This document shows positions 22,001 through 29,516 of a stretch of DNA of 51,378 bases, piece after piece (position 1 is the stretch's first letter; each line of letters opens with the position of its first letter). The notes under the pieces are model-generated. The model saw only the letters and a list, made by a program, of their open reading frames with translations, was not told the origin of the DNA and searched no databases. The stretch covers positions 1-51,378 of the forward strand of contig JBBRLX010000032.1 in the NCBI GenBank assembly GCA_038231135.1, in the 5' to 3' direction. The DNA comes from Candidatus Eiseniibacteriota bacterium (GTDB lineage Bacteria; Eisenbacteria; RBG-16-71-46). The position numbers were made by a program, and so were the translations under genes.

Positions 22001-22185
22001 ACGAGGAGGAGCGCCGCCTGATCGAGCAGGGGCTGGTGCTCGACGTGCTCCCGAAGTCGTCGGTGCACGACAATCCCATGCTGCTGCCGCACATCATCGA
22101 CTGGCACATGCAGGTGCAGGACGAAGGCTCGGAGCCCGGAACCATACCCACGGATGGCGACGAGCTCGGCGAGGAGGCTGCTTGA
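19081..22185 (+). CDS. Membrane hybrid sensor histidine kinase (TM, extracytoplasmic sensor, TM, PAS, HisKA, HATPase, two REC)
   Basis: H-box FLANTSHELRTPLNG, N-box NLVGNAIKFT, DTGIGI, GGTGLGL; receivers VLVVEDD..LDY..KP and ILMADDD..LDLMMP. Confidence 0.93.
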   Translation: MHASDPDPDPRPGAPADSGPELPAPVPGAARFLLTRDVDPRHESLRITIGFIALAAVSAIMLNIGIYQSERTRETRERWVALESNTTDKVNEVRSAVQQFAEQAELIAHQVSVPGAAAPTPGGVDARLQLAANMLHWREIQMFDRAGRLGAHARPEPPQPAPPRELINRALRSGRTALGVLPGDADRPALLVAVVQQRDASALLVAYANVDDMLRPLLASWPGFGPSAGAFLAGREHDQTVVLSSPPPGFGLTQGARNGSSGGAFRAASIAATGAESRIEVHYGGRDPLWAVTRTIPELGCGLVGQVRRSELGASAGNVMGGLIALDFAMVMLVAAALVFWRRQYESGLAHREIEVTRRHANQIQAVFDNAFDAILTFDRRGVIRTANPAAEKIFRRPCGELYGRPVGSILRSEDDRGAFRLPAPGHVIRTESLHPDHGESPIELSTAAAGDGDELTYTAIVRDISTQVEAENQIRSFAGGLETSNRRLAEVNAQLEEASRLKSEFLANTSHELRTPLNGMIGFLQLVLDGMCESPDEERDFLRQALKCSRHLLGLINDVLDIAKIESGKLTLEIQEIDIRALFDEVYTVTHVQAAQKGIALVFEPPAATTGDARGDFRKVKQVLINLVGNAIKFTPSGAVTVRVREHDDLGYWMFEVEDTGIGIPADRQGRIFDKFIQGDGSTTRKYGGTGLGLAISRSLIELMGGIIGVHSAGEGTGTRMYFSLPAWREAADLEPQDHASDRIEGPAGGPLVLVVEDDSAFRRYLTSLLHHQGYRTIEAHHAEGGWVLARRLRPAVVVLDYALSCPEGATLRTGWDLAERMTADTKTRHIPLIFVTGFDDEVKGKLRANAFARRPEHLVKPVDGHALLAKIDVMLGATHDRVVRILMADDDPSVVAYIRKALPEERFHIEVANNGEECLHVLRMQPRGFDLLLLDLMMPGVSGYDVLRELTLSGAHNELPVLVLTNFPDARNEEERRLIEQGLVLDVLPKSSVHDNPMLLPHIIDWHMQVQDEGSEPGTIPTDGDELGEEAA

Positions 22186-22583
22186 AACACATCCTGGTGG
22201 TCGAGGACGATTCGGTGAACGCCCTGCTGTTCCGTATGATTTTGGAAAAGCGCGGCGGCTACCGGGTGACCGTGAGCGAAGCGCCCGAGGAAATCATCGC
22301 CGCCGTGCGCGGCGGCGGCGTGGACCTCGTGATTATGGACATCTCGCTGTCGCGATCGCGCCACGCAGGCCGGCCGGTGAGCGGCGTCGACGTGTGCAAG
22401 ATGCTCAAGGGCGATCCCGCAACGGCGGGGACTCCCGTCCTGCTGGCCACGGCGCACGCGATGCGCGGCGACTCCGAGGCGTTGATGCGGGACAGTTGCG
22501 CCGACGACTACGTCGCGAAGCCGATCGTCGACCACGTCGCGTTCATCGACCAGGTCCGCGGTCATCTGCGGGATGCCGCATGA
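22182..22583 (+). CDS. Single-domain response regulator, DivK-like (TTG start)
   Basis: ILVVEDD, IMDISL, TAHAMRGD, DDYVAKP. Confidence 0.9.
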   Translation: MKHILVVEDDSVNALLFRMILEKRGGYRVTVSEAPEEIIAAVRGGGVDLVIMDISLSRSRHAGRPVSGVDVCKMLKGDPATAGTPVLLATAHAMRGDSEALMRDSCADDYVAKPIVDHVAFIDQVRGHLRDAA

Positions 22584-23029
22584 GCGGCACCCGCGTGCTG
22601 GTGGTCGAGGACGACCCGGCGTTCCAGCAGGTGCTGAGGAAGCGCCTCGAGAACGAGGGCTACGAGGTGTCGGTGGCATCCGATGGCCGCGACGGCATGA
22701 AGCTGATCGTGAGCTTCGAGCCCGACCTCGTGCTGTCCGACTGGATGATGCCCCATGTCGACGGACTCGAGCTGTGCCAGGCGGTGAAGACCGGCCTGCG
22801 CGATCAGGCGCCGTACTTCATCCTGCTCACCGCCCGCGGCGAGGTGAGCGACCGGTTGCTCGGCCTCGAAACCGGCGCCGACGACTACCTCGTCAAGCCG
22901 TGCGAGCACGGTGAGGTGCTGGCGCGCGTGCGCGCGGGGGCGCGGCTGGTGGCGCTGGCGCGGGAGCTGCGGGACAGCAAGGCGGAAGTGGCCGCACTGC
23001 GCGCGGAGCTGGCCCGCCGTGCCGCCTGA
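22580..23029 (+). CDS. Response regulator (REC plus short C-terminal helix, no output domain)
   Basis: VLVVEDD, SDWMMPHVDG, ILLTARG, GADDYLVKP; ATGA overlap. Confidence 0.88.
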   Translation: MSGTRVLVVEDDPAFQQVLRKRLENEGYEVSVASDGRDGMKLIVSFEPDLVLSDWMMPHVDGLELCQAVKTGLRDQAPYFILLTARGEVSDRLLGLETGADDYLVKPCEHGEVLARVRAGARLVALARELRDSKAEVAALRAELARRAA

Positions 23030-23057
23030 CGCGATGTCCCGCGGCCGCTGCCGTCGC

Positions 23058-23087
23058 TTGACCGTTAGGACCGGCGGTTTGTAGTCT
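23058..23087 (+). promoter_or_regulatory. Putative sigma70 promoter for tRNA-Asn
   Basis: TTGACC-18 nt-TAGTCT about 70 nt upstream of the tRNA. Confidence 0.45.
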
Positions 23088-23156
23088 CCTCGGCCTGTTA
23101 CCCGAGTCTCCGTCCGGGTAACCCAGCGCGTGTACCGCCCGCGCCGCCGATTACGC

Positions 23157-23231
23157 TCCTCGGTAGCTCAACGGCAGAGCATCCGGCTGTTAACCGGAGG
23201 GTTGTAGGTTCGAATCCTACCCGAGGAGCCA
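23157..23231 (+). tRNA. tRNA-Asn (GTT)
   Basis: TCCTCGG acceptor pairs with CCGAGGA; D arm GCTC..GAGC; anticodon arm TCCGG-CTGTTAA-CCGGA; GGTTCGAATCC T loop; encoded CCA. Confidence 0.97.
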
Positions 23232-23367
23232 GTTGTTCCAGGGCCACGCCGCGCCTCACCTGGCCCATGACGGCCCGCCGCGGACTTGAACCCCGGTTTC
23301 CAGTACGGGACACTACCCGCATGAGGGCGCGGCCGCGGCGCCTTCAACCACCCTCCGGAGACCTCTC

Positions 23368-26300
23368 GTGCGCCTGAGCCAGGGCCGGCTGACGCTGTCC
23401 GCAAGCGACCTCGCGAACCATCTCGGATGTGGCTACCTAACGCGGCTCGACCTCGCCGCCGCGCGCCGCGAGCTCGAGCCGCCGCGCTATAACGACCCCA
23501 CGCTCGAGGTGTTGCAGGAGCTCGGCCGGCGCCACGAGCAGCGCTACGTCGAGCATCTGGCCGCGCAGGGACTCCGCGTGCGGTCGATCACCGAGCAGGA
23601 CGAGGCGGCCGTCGCGGCCACCCGGGCCGCGCTGCGCGACGGGTTCGACGTGGTGGTGCAGGGGACGCTGGTGCGCGACGGCTGGCTCGGGCGCCCCGAC
23701 ATCCTGCGCCGGCTGCCGGAGCCGGGGCCGGACGGCGGCCACCGCTACGAGGTCCACGACACCAAGCTCGCCCGCGAGACTCGCGCCGGCACCATGCTCC
23801 AGCTGTGTCTGTATTCCGACCTGCTGTCCGATATACAGGGCGTCATGCCGGAGCGGTTCTTCGTGGTCACGCCGGGAGCCGCGACGCTCGGTGGCGCGTT
23901 CGACGAACGGGAATACCGGCTGGCGGACTACCTGGCCTACTACCGGTTCGTGCGCGGTTCACTGCTCGGTGCGGCGGCGTCCGGCAGCGGCGCCACGGAG
24001 CCCGAGCCGGTGCCGCATTGCGAAGTGTGCCGCTGGTGGCTCCGGTGCGACCGGAGCTGGCGGGACACCGATCACCTGTCGCTCGTCGCGGGCATCACCC
24101 GTCTGCAGCGGCGTGAGCTGGAATCGCGGCAGATCGTCACGCTCGCCGGCCTGGCGGTGCAGCCGGACCCGCTCGGGTGGCGGCCGGCGCGCGGGTCGCG
24201 CGAGGGCATGGAGCGCAGCCAGCGCCAGGCTCGCATCCAGCTCCACGGCCGCGCGAGCGGCCGTCCCGTGCACGAACTGCTGCTGCCGGTCGAGGCCGGC
24301 CGCGGCCTCACCCGGCTGCCGGAGCCGAGCCTGGGCGACCTGTTCCTCGACCTGGAAGGCGACCCGTTCATCGGCACCGGCGGGCGCGAATACCTGTTCG
24401 GCACCGCGGCGGTCGATGCGGGCGGCGACATCCGGTACGAATCCGTGTGGGGACTCACGGAGCGCGACGAACGGACGGCATTCGAGACGCTGGTGGACCG
24501 CATCATGACGGCGTGGGAGCGGCATCCCGACATGCACGTCTACCATTACGCGCCGTACGAGCCCGCCGCGTTCAAGCGCCTGATGGGCCGCTACGGGACG
24601 CGTGAGGACGAGATCGACCGGCTGCTGCGGGCCGAGCGGTTCGTCGACCTGCTCGCGGTGGTGCGCCACGGCCTGCGCGCGAGCGTCGAGCGTTACTCGA
24701 TCAAGGATCTCGAGCCGTTCTTCGGCCTCGAGCGGGCGATCCCGCTGCGCGACGTGGCCCCGTTCAAGCGCATGCTCGAGCGCGCGCTGGAGCTGGAGGA
24801 GCACGAGGCAATCACCGGCGACGCGCAGGCCGCCGTTGAAGCATACAACCGCGACGACTGCGTGTCCGCGCTGGAGTTGCGCCGCTGGCTGGAGTCGTTG
24901 CGCGCGGAACTGGTGGCGGGTGGCGTCGAGGTGCCGCGTCCGGAGCCCAAGTCGGGCGACGCGACAGAGCAGCTCAACGAACGACTGCTGAAGGTACGGG
25001 AGCTGGCCGCCCAGCTCACCGCCGGCCTGCCGCCCGAGCCCGCCGAGCGCACCGCCGAGCAGCACTCGCGCTGGCGGCTCGCCCAGATGCTCGAGTTCCA
25101 CCGCCGCGAACAGAAGGCGGTGTGGTGGGAGTACTACCGGCTGGAGGCGCTCGACGACGAGGATCTCGCCGACGAGCAGGGTGCGATCGTGGGACTCGAG
25201 TTCGTCGCGGCTGCGGGCGGCACGCCGAAGTGCCCGGTACACCGTTACCGCTACCCGGCGCAGAAATGCGAGATCCGCAAAGGCGTCGTGTACACGCGCG
25301 GGAGTGTCGAAGTCGGGGAGATCTTCGGAATCGACCTCGTGGCGCGCACCGTCGACATCACCAAGCGCATGGCCGCGCGCGACCTGCATCCGGCGTCGAT
25401 ATTCGTCCACGATTCCGTGAACAACGCGCCGATCGAACAGGCGCTGGTGCGGCTGGCCGAGGACGTTCGCGACCACGGGATGGCGGCGGACGGCGCGAAC
25501 CGGGCGGCGCGGGTGCTGCTGACCGCCGCGCCGCCGCGGTTTCACGACGGGGCTGCGCTCGAGCCCCTGCCCGGAGAGAATTCGACCCGCACCGCGATCC
25601 GGCTCGGGCTGGTGCTCGACGGCACCGTGCTGCCGATCCAGGGGCCGCCCGGATCCGGCAAGACGTACACCGGAGCCCGCATGATCCTCGAGTTGGTGCG
25701 GGTGGGGCGGACCGTCGGGGTGTGCGGCACCAGCCACAAGGTGATCGACAACCTGCTCCAGGAGATCGTGCGCGAAGCCGCGCGCAAGAACGATCCGGTG
25801 CGGATCGCCCGCAAGGTCTCGGAGGATCCGGCGGCGGACACCGGTGCGATTCTCCACACGACCGACAACGGGCGCGTGCGCTCGATGCTGGAGAACGGCG
25901 AAGCCCAGATCGCCGCCGGCACCCCGTGGCTATGGTCGCGCCCCGAGTTCGCGCGCGCCGTCGACGTGCTGTTCGTCGACGAGGCCGGGCAGATGTCGCT
26001 CGCGAACGTGCTCGCGATCTCGCAGGCCGCCGACAGCCTGGTGCTGCTCGGGGACCCGCGCCAGCTCGACCAGCCGGTGCAGGGCAGTCATCCCGACGGC
26101 GTCGCGGTCTCGGCGCTCGAGCACCTGCTACAGGGCCATGCGACGGTCCCGCCGGACCGCGGGCTGTTCCTCGCCGAGACCTGGCGGCTGCCACCTGCGA
26201 TCTGCGCCTACACGTCGGAGACGTTCTACGAGAATCGCCTGTTCCCGCGGCCCGACCTCGAGCGTCAGGTGCTCGACGGTGACACGCCGTATGCCGGCTC

Positions 26301-26802
26301 GGGACTGTGGTACATGCCCGTCGAGCACGACGGCAACACGAACACCGCGCCCGAGGAGGTCGATGCCGTCGAGGGCCTGGTGCGGTCGCTGCTCGCGGGT
26401 ACCCACTGGACCGACCGCCACGGCGACCGCCATCCGCTGGGTCCCGAGGACATCATGGTCGTCGCGCCCTACAACGCGCACGTCGGACGCATCGCGGAGC
26501 GCCTGAAGTCGCTCGGGGTCCGGGCCGGCACCGTGGATCGCTTCCAGGGTCAGCAGGCGCCCGTCGTGATCGTGTCGCTCGCGACGTCCACGCCCGAGGA
26601 GGCGCCGCGGGGCATGGAGTTCCTCTACAGCCTCAACCGCCTCAACGTGGCGACGTCGCGCGCGCAATGCGCCTGCATCCTGGTGGCGAGCCCGCGGCTG
26701 TTCGACCCCGAGTGCCGCACCCCGCGCCACATGCGGCTGGCGAACGCGTTCTGCCGCTACCTCGAAGTCGCGAGATCACACGAGACCCCGTTGCCGGTGT
26801 GA
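23368..26802 (+). CDS. TM0106-family RecB-like nuclease / RNase H-like / SF1 (DNA2-NAM7-like) helicase
   Basis: LSASDL..C, GRPDIL..YEVHDTKLAR..LQLCLY, CEVC..C, FLDLEGDP, YNRDDC, QGPPGSGKT, VDEAGQ, GDPRQL, TVDRFQGQ, NRLNVATSRA. Confidence 0.88.
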   Translation: MRLSQGRLTLSASDLANHLGCGYLTRLDLAAARRELEPPRYNDPTLEVLQELGRRHEQRYVEHLAAQGLRVRSITEQDEAAVAATRAALRDGFDVVVQGTLVRDGWLGRPDILRRLPEPGPDGGHRYEVHDTKLARETRAGTMLQLCLYSDLLSDIQGVMPERFFVVTPGAATLGGAFDEREYRLADYLAYYRFVRGSLLGAAASGSGATEPEPVPHCEVCRWWLRCDRSWRDTDHLSLVAGITRLQRRELESRQIVTLAGLAVQPDPLGWRPARGSREGMERSQRQARIQLHGRASGRPVHELLLPVEAGRGLTRLPEPSLGDLFLDLEGDPFIGTGGREYLFGTAAVDAGGDIRYESVWGLTERDERTAFETLVDRIMTAWERHPDMHVYHYAPYEPAAFKRLMGRYGTREDEIDRLLRAERFVDLLAVVRHGLRASVERYSIKDLEPFFGLERAIPLRDVAPFKRMLERALELEEHEAITGDAQAAVEAYNRDDCVSALELRRWLESLRAELVAGGVEVPRPEPKSGDATEQLNERLLKVRELAAQLTAGLPPEPAERTAEQHSRWRLAQMLEFHRREQKAVWWEYYRLEALDDEDLADEQGAIVGLEFVAAAGGTPKCPVHRYRYPAQKCEIRKGVVYTRGSVEVGEIFGIDLVARTVDITKRMAARDLHPASIFVHDSVNNAPIEQALVRLAEDVRDHGMAADGANRAARVLLTAAPPRFHDGAALEPLPGENSTRTAIRLGLVLDGTVLPIQGPPGSGKTYTGARMILELVRVGRTVGVCGTSHKVIDNLLQEIVREAARKNDPVRIARKVSEDPAADTGAILHTTDNGRVRSMLENGEAQIAAGTPWLWSRPEFARAVDVLFVDEAGQMSLANVLAISQAADSLVLLGDPRQLDQPVQGSHPDGVAVSALEHLLQGHATVPPDRGLFLAETWRLPPAICAYTSETFYENRLFPRPDLERQVLDGDTPYAGSGLWYMPVEHDGNTNTAPEEVDAVEGLVRSLLAGTHWTDRHGDRHPLGPEDIMVVAPYNAHVGRIAERLKSLGVRAGTVDRFQGQQAPVVIVSLATSTPEEAPRGMEFLYSLNRLNVATSRAQCACILVASPRLFDPECRTPRHMRLANAFCRYLEVARSHETPLPV

Positions 26803-26843
26803 TTGCCGCCGGCCGCCGTGGCGACGGCAGCCGAGCGTCCGGG

Positions 26844-27710
26844 CTAGGCGGCGTCCCTGGACAGCACCAGCGCGATGCAGCCGGTCGCCGTGGGCGTCAC
26901 GTCGTGATGGCTGGCGGCCGGGGCGCGGTGGTAGTCGCCCCGCTCGAGGTGCCGCCCCTGGCACTCGCACGAGCCCTCGAGCACGTACAACTCCTCGACG
27001 CCGCCGTGCGTGTGCTCGGGGAACGTGCCGCCGCCCGACACCCGCACGAGCACGAGGTCGCAGCGCCGGCCCCGGTCGCGGCCCAGCGGGCGTACCGAGG
27101 CGCCGCCGCCCAGCTCGTGCCAGTCGATCGCGTGGGAGTGCACCGTGGCGCCGGCTCCGGGGGGTGCGGCCGGAGCCCTGGCCGCCTCGCCGGGGATCAC
27201 GGTGAACAGCACGGCGCCCGCAGCGCTGTCGATCGCGTGCGCCGTCCCCGGCAGCGGGCGCCAGTCGCCGGCCGACAGCGGCTCGCCGTCGATCGTGACC
27301 CCGCCCTCGACGACGTAGACGCTCTCGCCCATGGCCCCGGCCGGAGCGGCATGGCGGGTCCCCGCCGTGATGCGCAGCAGGAGGGTGCTCGAACGATCCG
27401 CCGGGTCCACGAACAGCACGCGGCGCGACACGCCAGGCGTGCCGTCGTCGATCCAGCCGTCCTCGTCCGCCATCAGGAAATAGAAGTCGTCGGCGCCGAT
27501 TCGCGAGAACAGCCGGCGCTTGAGGTCCGGTGACGGCGCCAGGCGGGGCGCGGTGAGGCCGATCCACGGCACGAGGCCCTCGAGCGTGCTCAGTTCGGCC
27601 GTAATGGCGTCGTCGCCCTGAGCCAGCCGCGCGAGGAACCGCTCGAGCGCCTCGCCCTCGAGCAGCCCGAGCGCGTAGAGCGCGCAGTCGTCGCGTGTCG
27701 CGTCGTCCAT
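26844..27710 (-). CDS. Putative anti-sigma factor with tandem cupin (ChrR-like) domains
   Basis: N-terminal anti-sigma-like LYALGLLE..F, P..PSPDLKRRL; two cupin repeats (second FPEHTHGGVEELYVLEG); ATG overlaps sigma stop (TGATG). Confidence 0.75.
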   Translation of the reverse strand: MDDATRDDCALYALGLLEGEALERFLARLAQGDDAITAELSTLEGLVPWIGLTAPRLAPSPDLKRRLFSRIGADDFYFLMADEDGWIDDGTPGVSRRVLFVDPADRSSTLLLRITAGTRHAAPAGAMGESVYVVEGGVTIDGEPLSAGDWRPLPGTAHAIDSAAGAVLFTVIPGEAARAPAAPPGAGATVHSHAIDWHELGGGASVRPLGRDRGRRCDLVLVRVSGGGTFPEHTHGGVEELYVLEGSCECQGRHLERGDYHRAPAASHHDVTPTATGCIALVLSRDAA

Positions 27711-28291
27711 CACGACGGCATCCCCCATTCGCGCGGCCGGGGCAGGCGTTTCAGCTCGTCCAGCGCCTGCCGCAGCCCGTCCAGCACGTGCTCGCGGTCG
27801 AGCCGCGTGCGTTCCGCGATCTGCACCACCGACAGTCCTTCGAAATACGCCAGCTCCAGCGTGGTCCGCGCCCGCTCCGGCAGCCTGGCGAGGGCCGCGG
27901 CGACACTGTCGCCGGCTGCGCCGTCGGCCGCGCCACGCGGGTCCGCGCCCGTGGCTGCCCTACCGGCAGCCATCCCCGGCCGCGAGTCGCGCGCCGCCAG
28001 CGCCAGCGACCGGCACCGTGCCAGCAGCCGCGGTACCGCCACGTCCTCCGCGATCCGGCCTCCCCGGCGCTCCCACACCTCGGCGAACACCTGTTCCACG
28101 ACCTTCGACGCACGCTCCTGGTCCCCGGTGATCCGCGCCGCCAGCGCGTACAGCGCGTCGCCGAGCCGGTCGAACAGCGTGCCCAGCGCGGCGACGTTGC
28201 CGGCGGCGAGCTCGGTCATCAGCGCGCGTTCGGGCGGAGGGTCGGACGAAGCCATGGCGGCACTCGAAGGGGTCTGGGAACCAGCGTGCAT
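27710..28291 (-). CDS. ECF-type sigma-70 factor (divergent)
   Basis: Region 2-like AGNVAALGTLFDR..LYALAARI..VFAEVW; region 4-like LARLPERARTTLELAYFEGLS..QIAE; start may be ATG 28255. Confidence 0.75.
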   Translation of the reverse strand: MHAGSQTPSSAAMASSDPPPERALMTELAAGNVAALGTLFDRLGDALYALAARITGDQERASKVVEQVFAEVWERRGGRIAEDVAVPRLLARCRSLALAARDSRPGMAAGRAATGADPRGAADGAAGDSVAAALARLPERARTTLELAYFEGLSVVQIAERTRLDREHVLDGLRQALDELKRLPRPREWGMPS

Positions 28292-28330
28292 CGGAGCCGC
28301 GGCGACGCTAATCGGCGGCGCGACGCGCGG

Positions 28331-29428
28331 TCAAGCCGGCGCATTCAGGCGCTCCTGCAGCAGCCGGTGGAACTGGTGCACGCCGGTCTCGCGCGCCGGC
28401 GAATAGCGGCCCCGCGAGTAGAGCCGCGACGCCGTGCCCCGCTGGACGCTCTCCACGATGACCTCGTCCTCGCGCTCCACGCGGTCGAGCGCCGCCCCCG
28501 CGCCCCGGTCGAGTCGCGCCGCATCCCACACGTAGCTCAGGAACGATACCTTCGTCGCCGCCACGCCATGCGGCCGCACGACGTTCACCGACACCCCCCA
28601 TGGGTAGACGTTGAGCATGGTGTTGGGGAACAGCCAGAAGTAGTAGGCGGCGATGCGGCGGCCGTGGTCCGGGTGCCCAGGCGGCAGGTCGAACGCGTCG
28701 CCGTCGTCCTGCGCCGCGCCCACCTGCAGGTTGCCCCACTCGAACAACTCGGTGCGGTATTCGCCGTAGTCGAGCGCGCTGCTCAGGCCCGCGTGAACGT
28801 ACGGAATATGAAAGCCCTCGAGGTAGTTGTCGACATAGAGCGCCCAGTGCGCGCGCACGTGGTACTCGCGTGAACGGGAGGCGTCGAACCGCGCGTTCGC
28901 GAGCGGCAGCGCGCCGCAGCGCCGGGTCACCGGGGCCGTCAGGTTCGCCAGCGCGGTCTCGGGGTCCAGCGACACGAACAGGAACGGGTCGAACGTGTCG
29001 AACGGCACCCGCGGCAGGTCGTCGGCGGGCGACGGGAAGCCCTGGACGCCGTCGAACTCCGGCATCGACTGGAACCGGCCGTCGAGCGCGAACCGCCGGC
29101 CATGATAGCGGCAGCGCAGCACCGCCTCGACGCCGGGGCCCTCGACCACGCAGGTGCCGCGGTGCGTGCACACGTTCGACAGGCAGTGCAGCCGGTCCTC
29201 GCGATCGCGCGTGAACACCAGAGGTTCGTCGAGCAGCCCGGCCAGCAGCGTGAACGGATGCACCTGCCCCGGAACCTTGACCCGCTCGAGGTCCGCGGCG
29301 AACTGCCAGCTGCGCGCGAACACCCGCTCCCGCATCACCGCCAGCGCGGCCGGATCCGAGTACACCCACGCGGGCAGCGTGCGCGCGCTGCGGATGTCGG
29401 GGTCGATCGTGAACGGGGGGAGGGGCAT
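28331..29428 (-). CDS. Rieske non-heme iron oxygenase alpha subunit (choline monooxygenase-like)
   Basis: NVCTHRG..CRYHG Rieske motif; DNYLEGFHIPYVH mononuclear Fe motif; ED..IVESVQRG. Confidence 0.9.
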   Translation of the reverse strand: MPLPPFTIDPDIRSARTLPAWVYSDPAALAVMRERVFARSWQFAADLERVKVPGQVHPFTLLAGLLDEPLVFTRDREDRLHCLSNVCTHRGTCVVEGPGVEAVLRCRYHGRRFALDGRFQSMPEFDGVQGFPSPADDLPRVPFDTFDPFLFVSLDPETALANLTAPVTRRCGALPLANARFDASRSREYHVRAHWALYVDNYLEGFHIPYVHAGLSSALDYGEYRTELFEWGNLQVGAAQDDGDAFDLPPGHPDHGRRIAAYYFWLFPNTMLNVYPWGVSVNVVRPHGVAATKVSFLSYVWDAARLDRGAGAALDRVEREDEVIVESVQRGTASRLYSRGRYSPARETGVHQFHRLLQERLNAPA

Positions 29429-29516
29429 GAGGGGCAGGCTACAGGGTGGGCGCGGATGGCTGCAAAGCCGGAACGGCCTGCCACACGCGGCGCATGAATC
29501 GCGCCGCCACCGCCGG

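Noticed and set aside
23157..26802. Integrated genomic island at tRNA-Asn
   Set aside because: No integrase, no duplicated tRNA 3' end noticed in the window and no obvious composition shift
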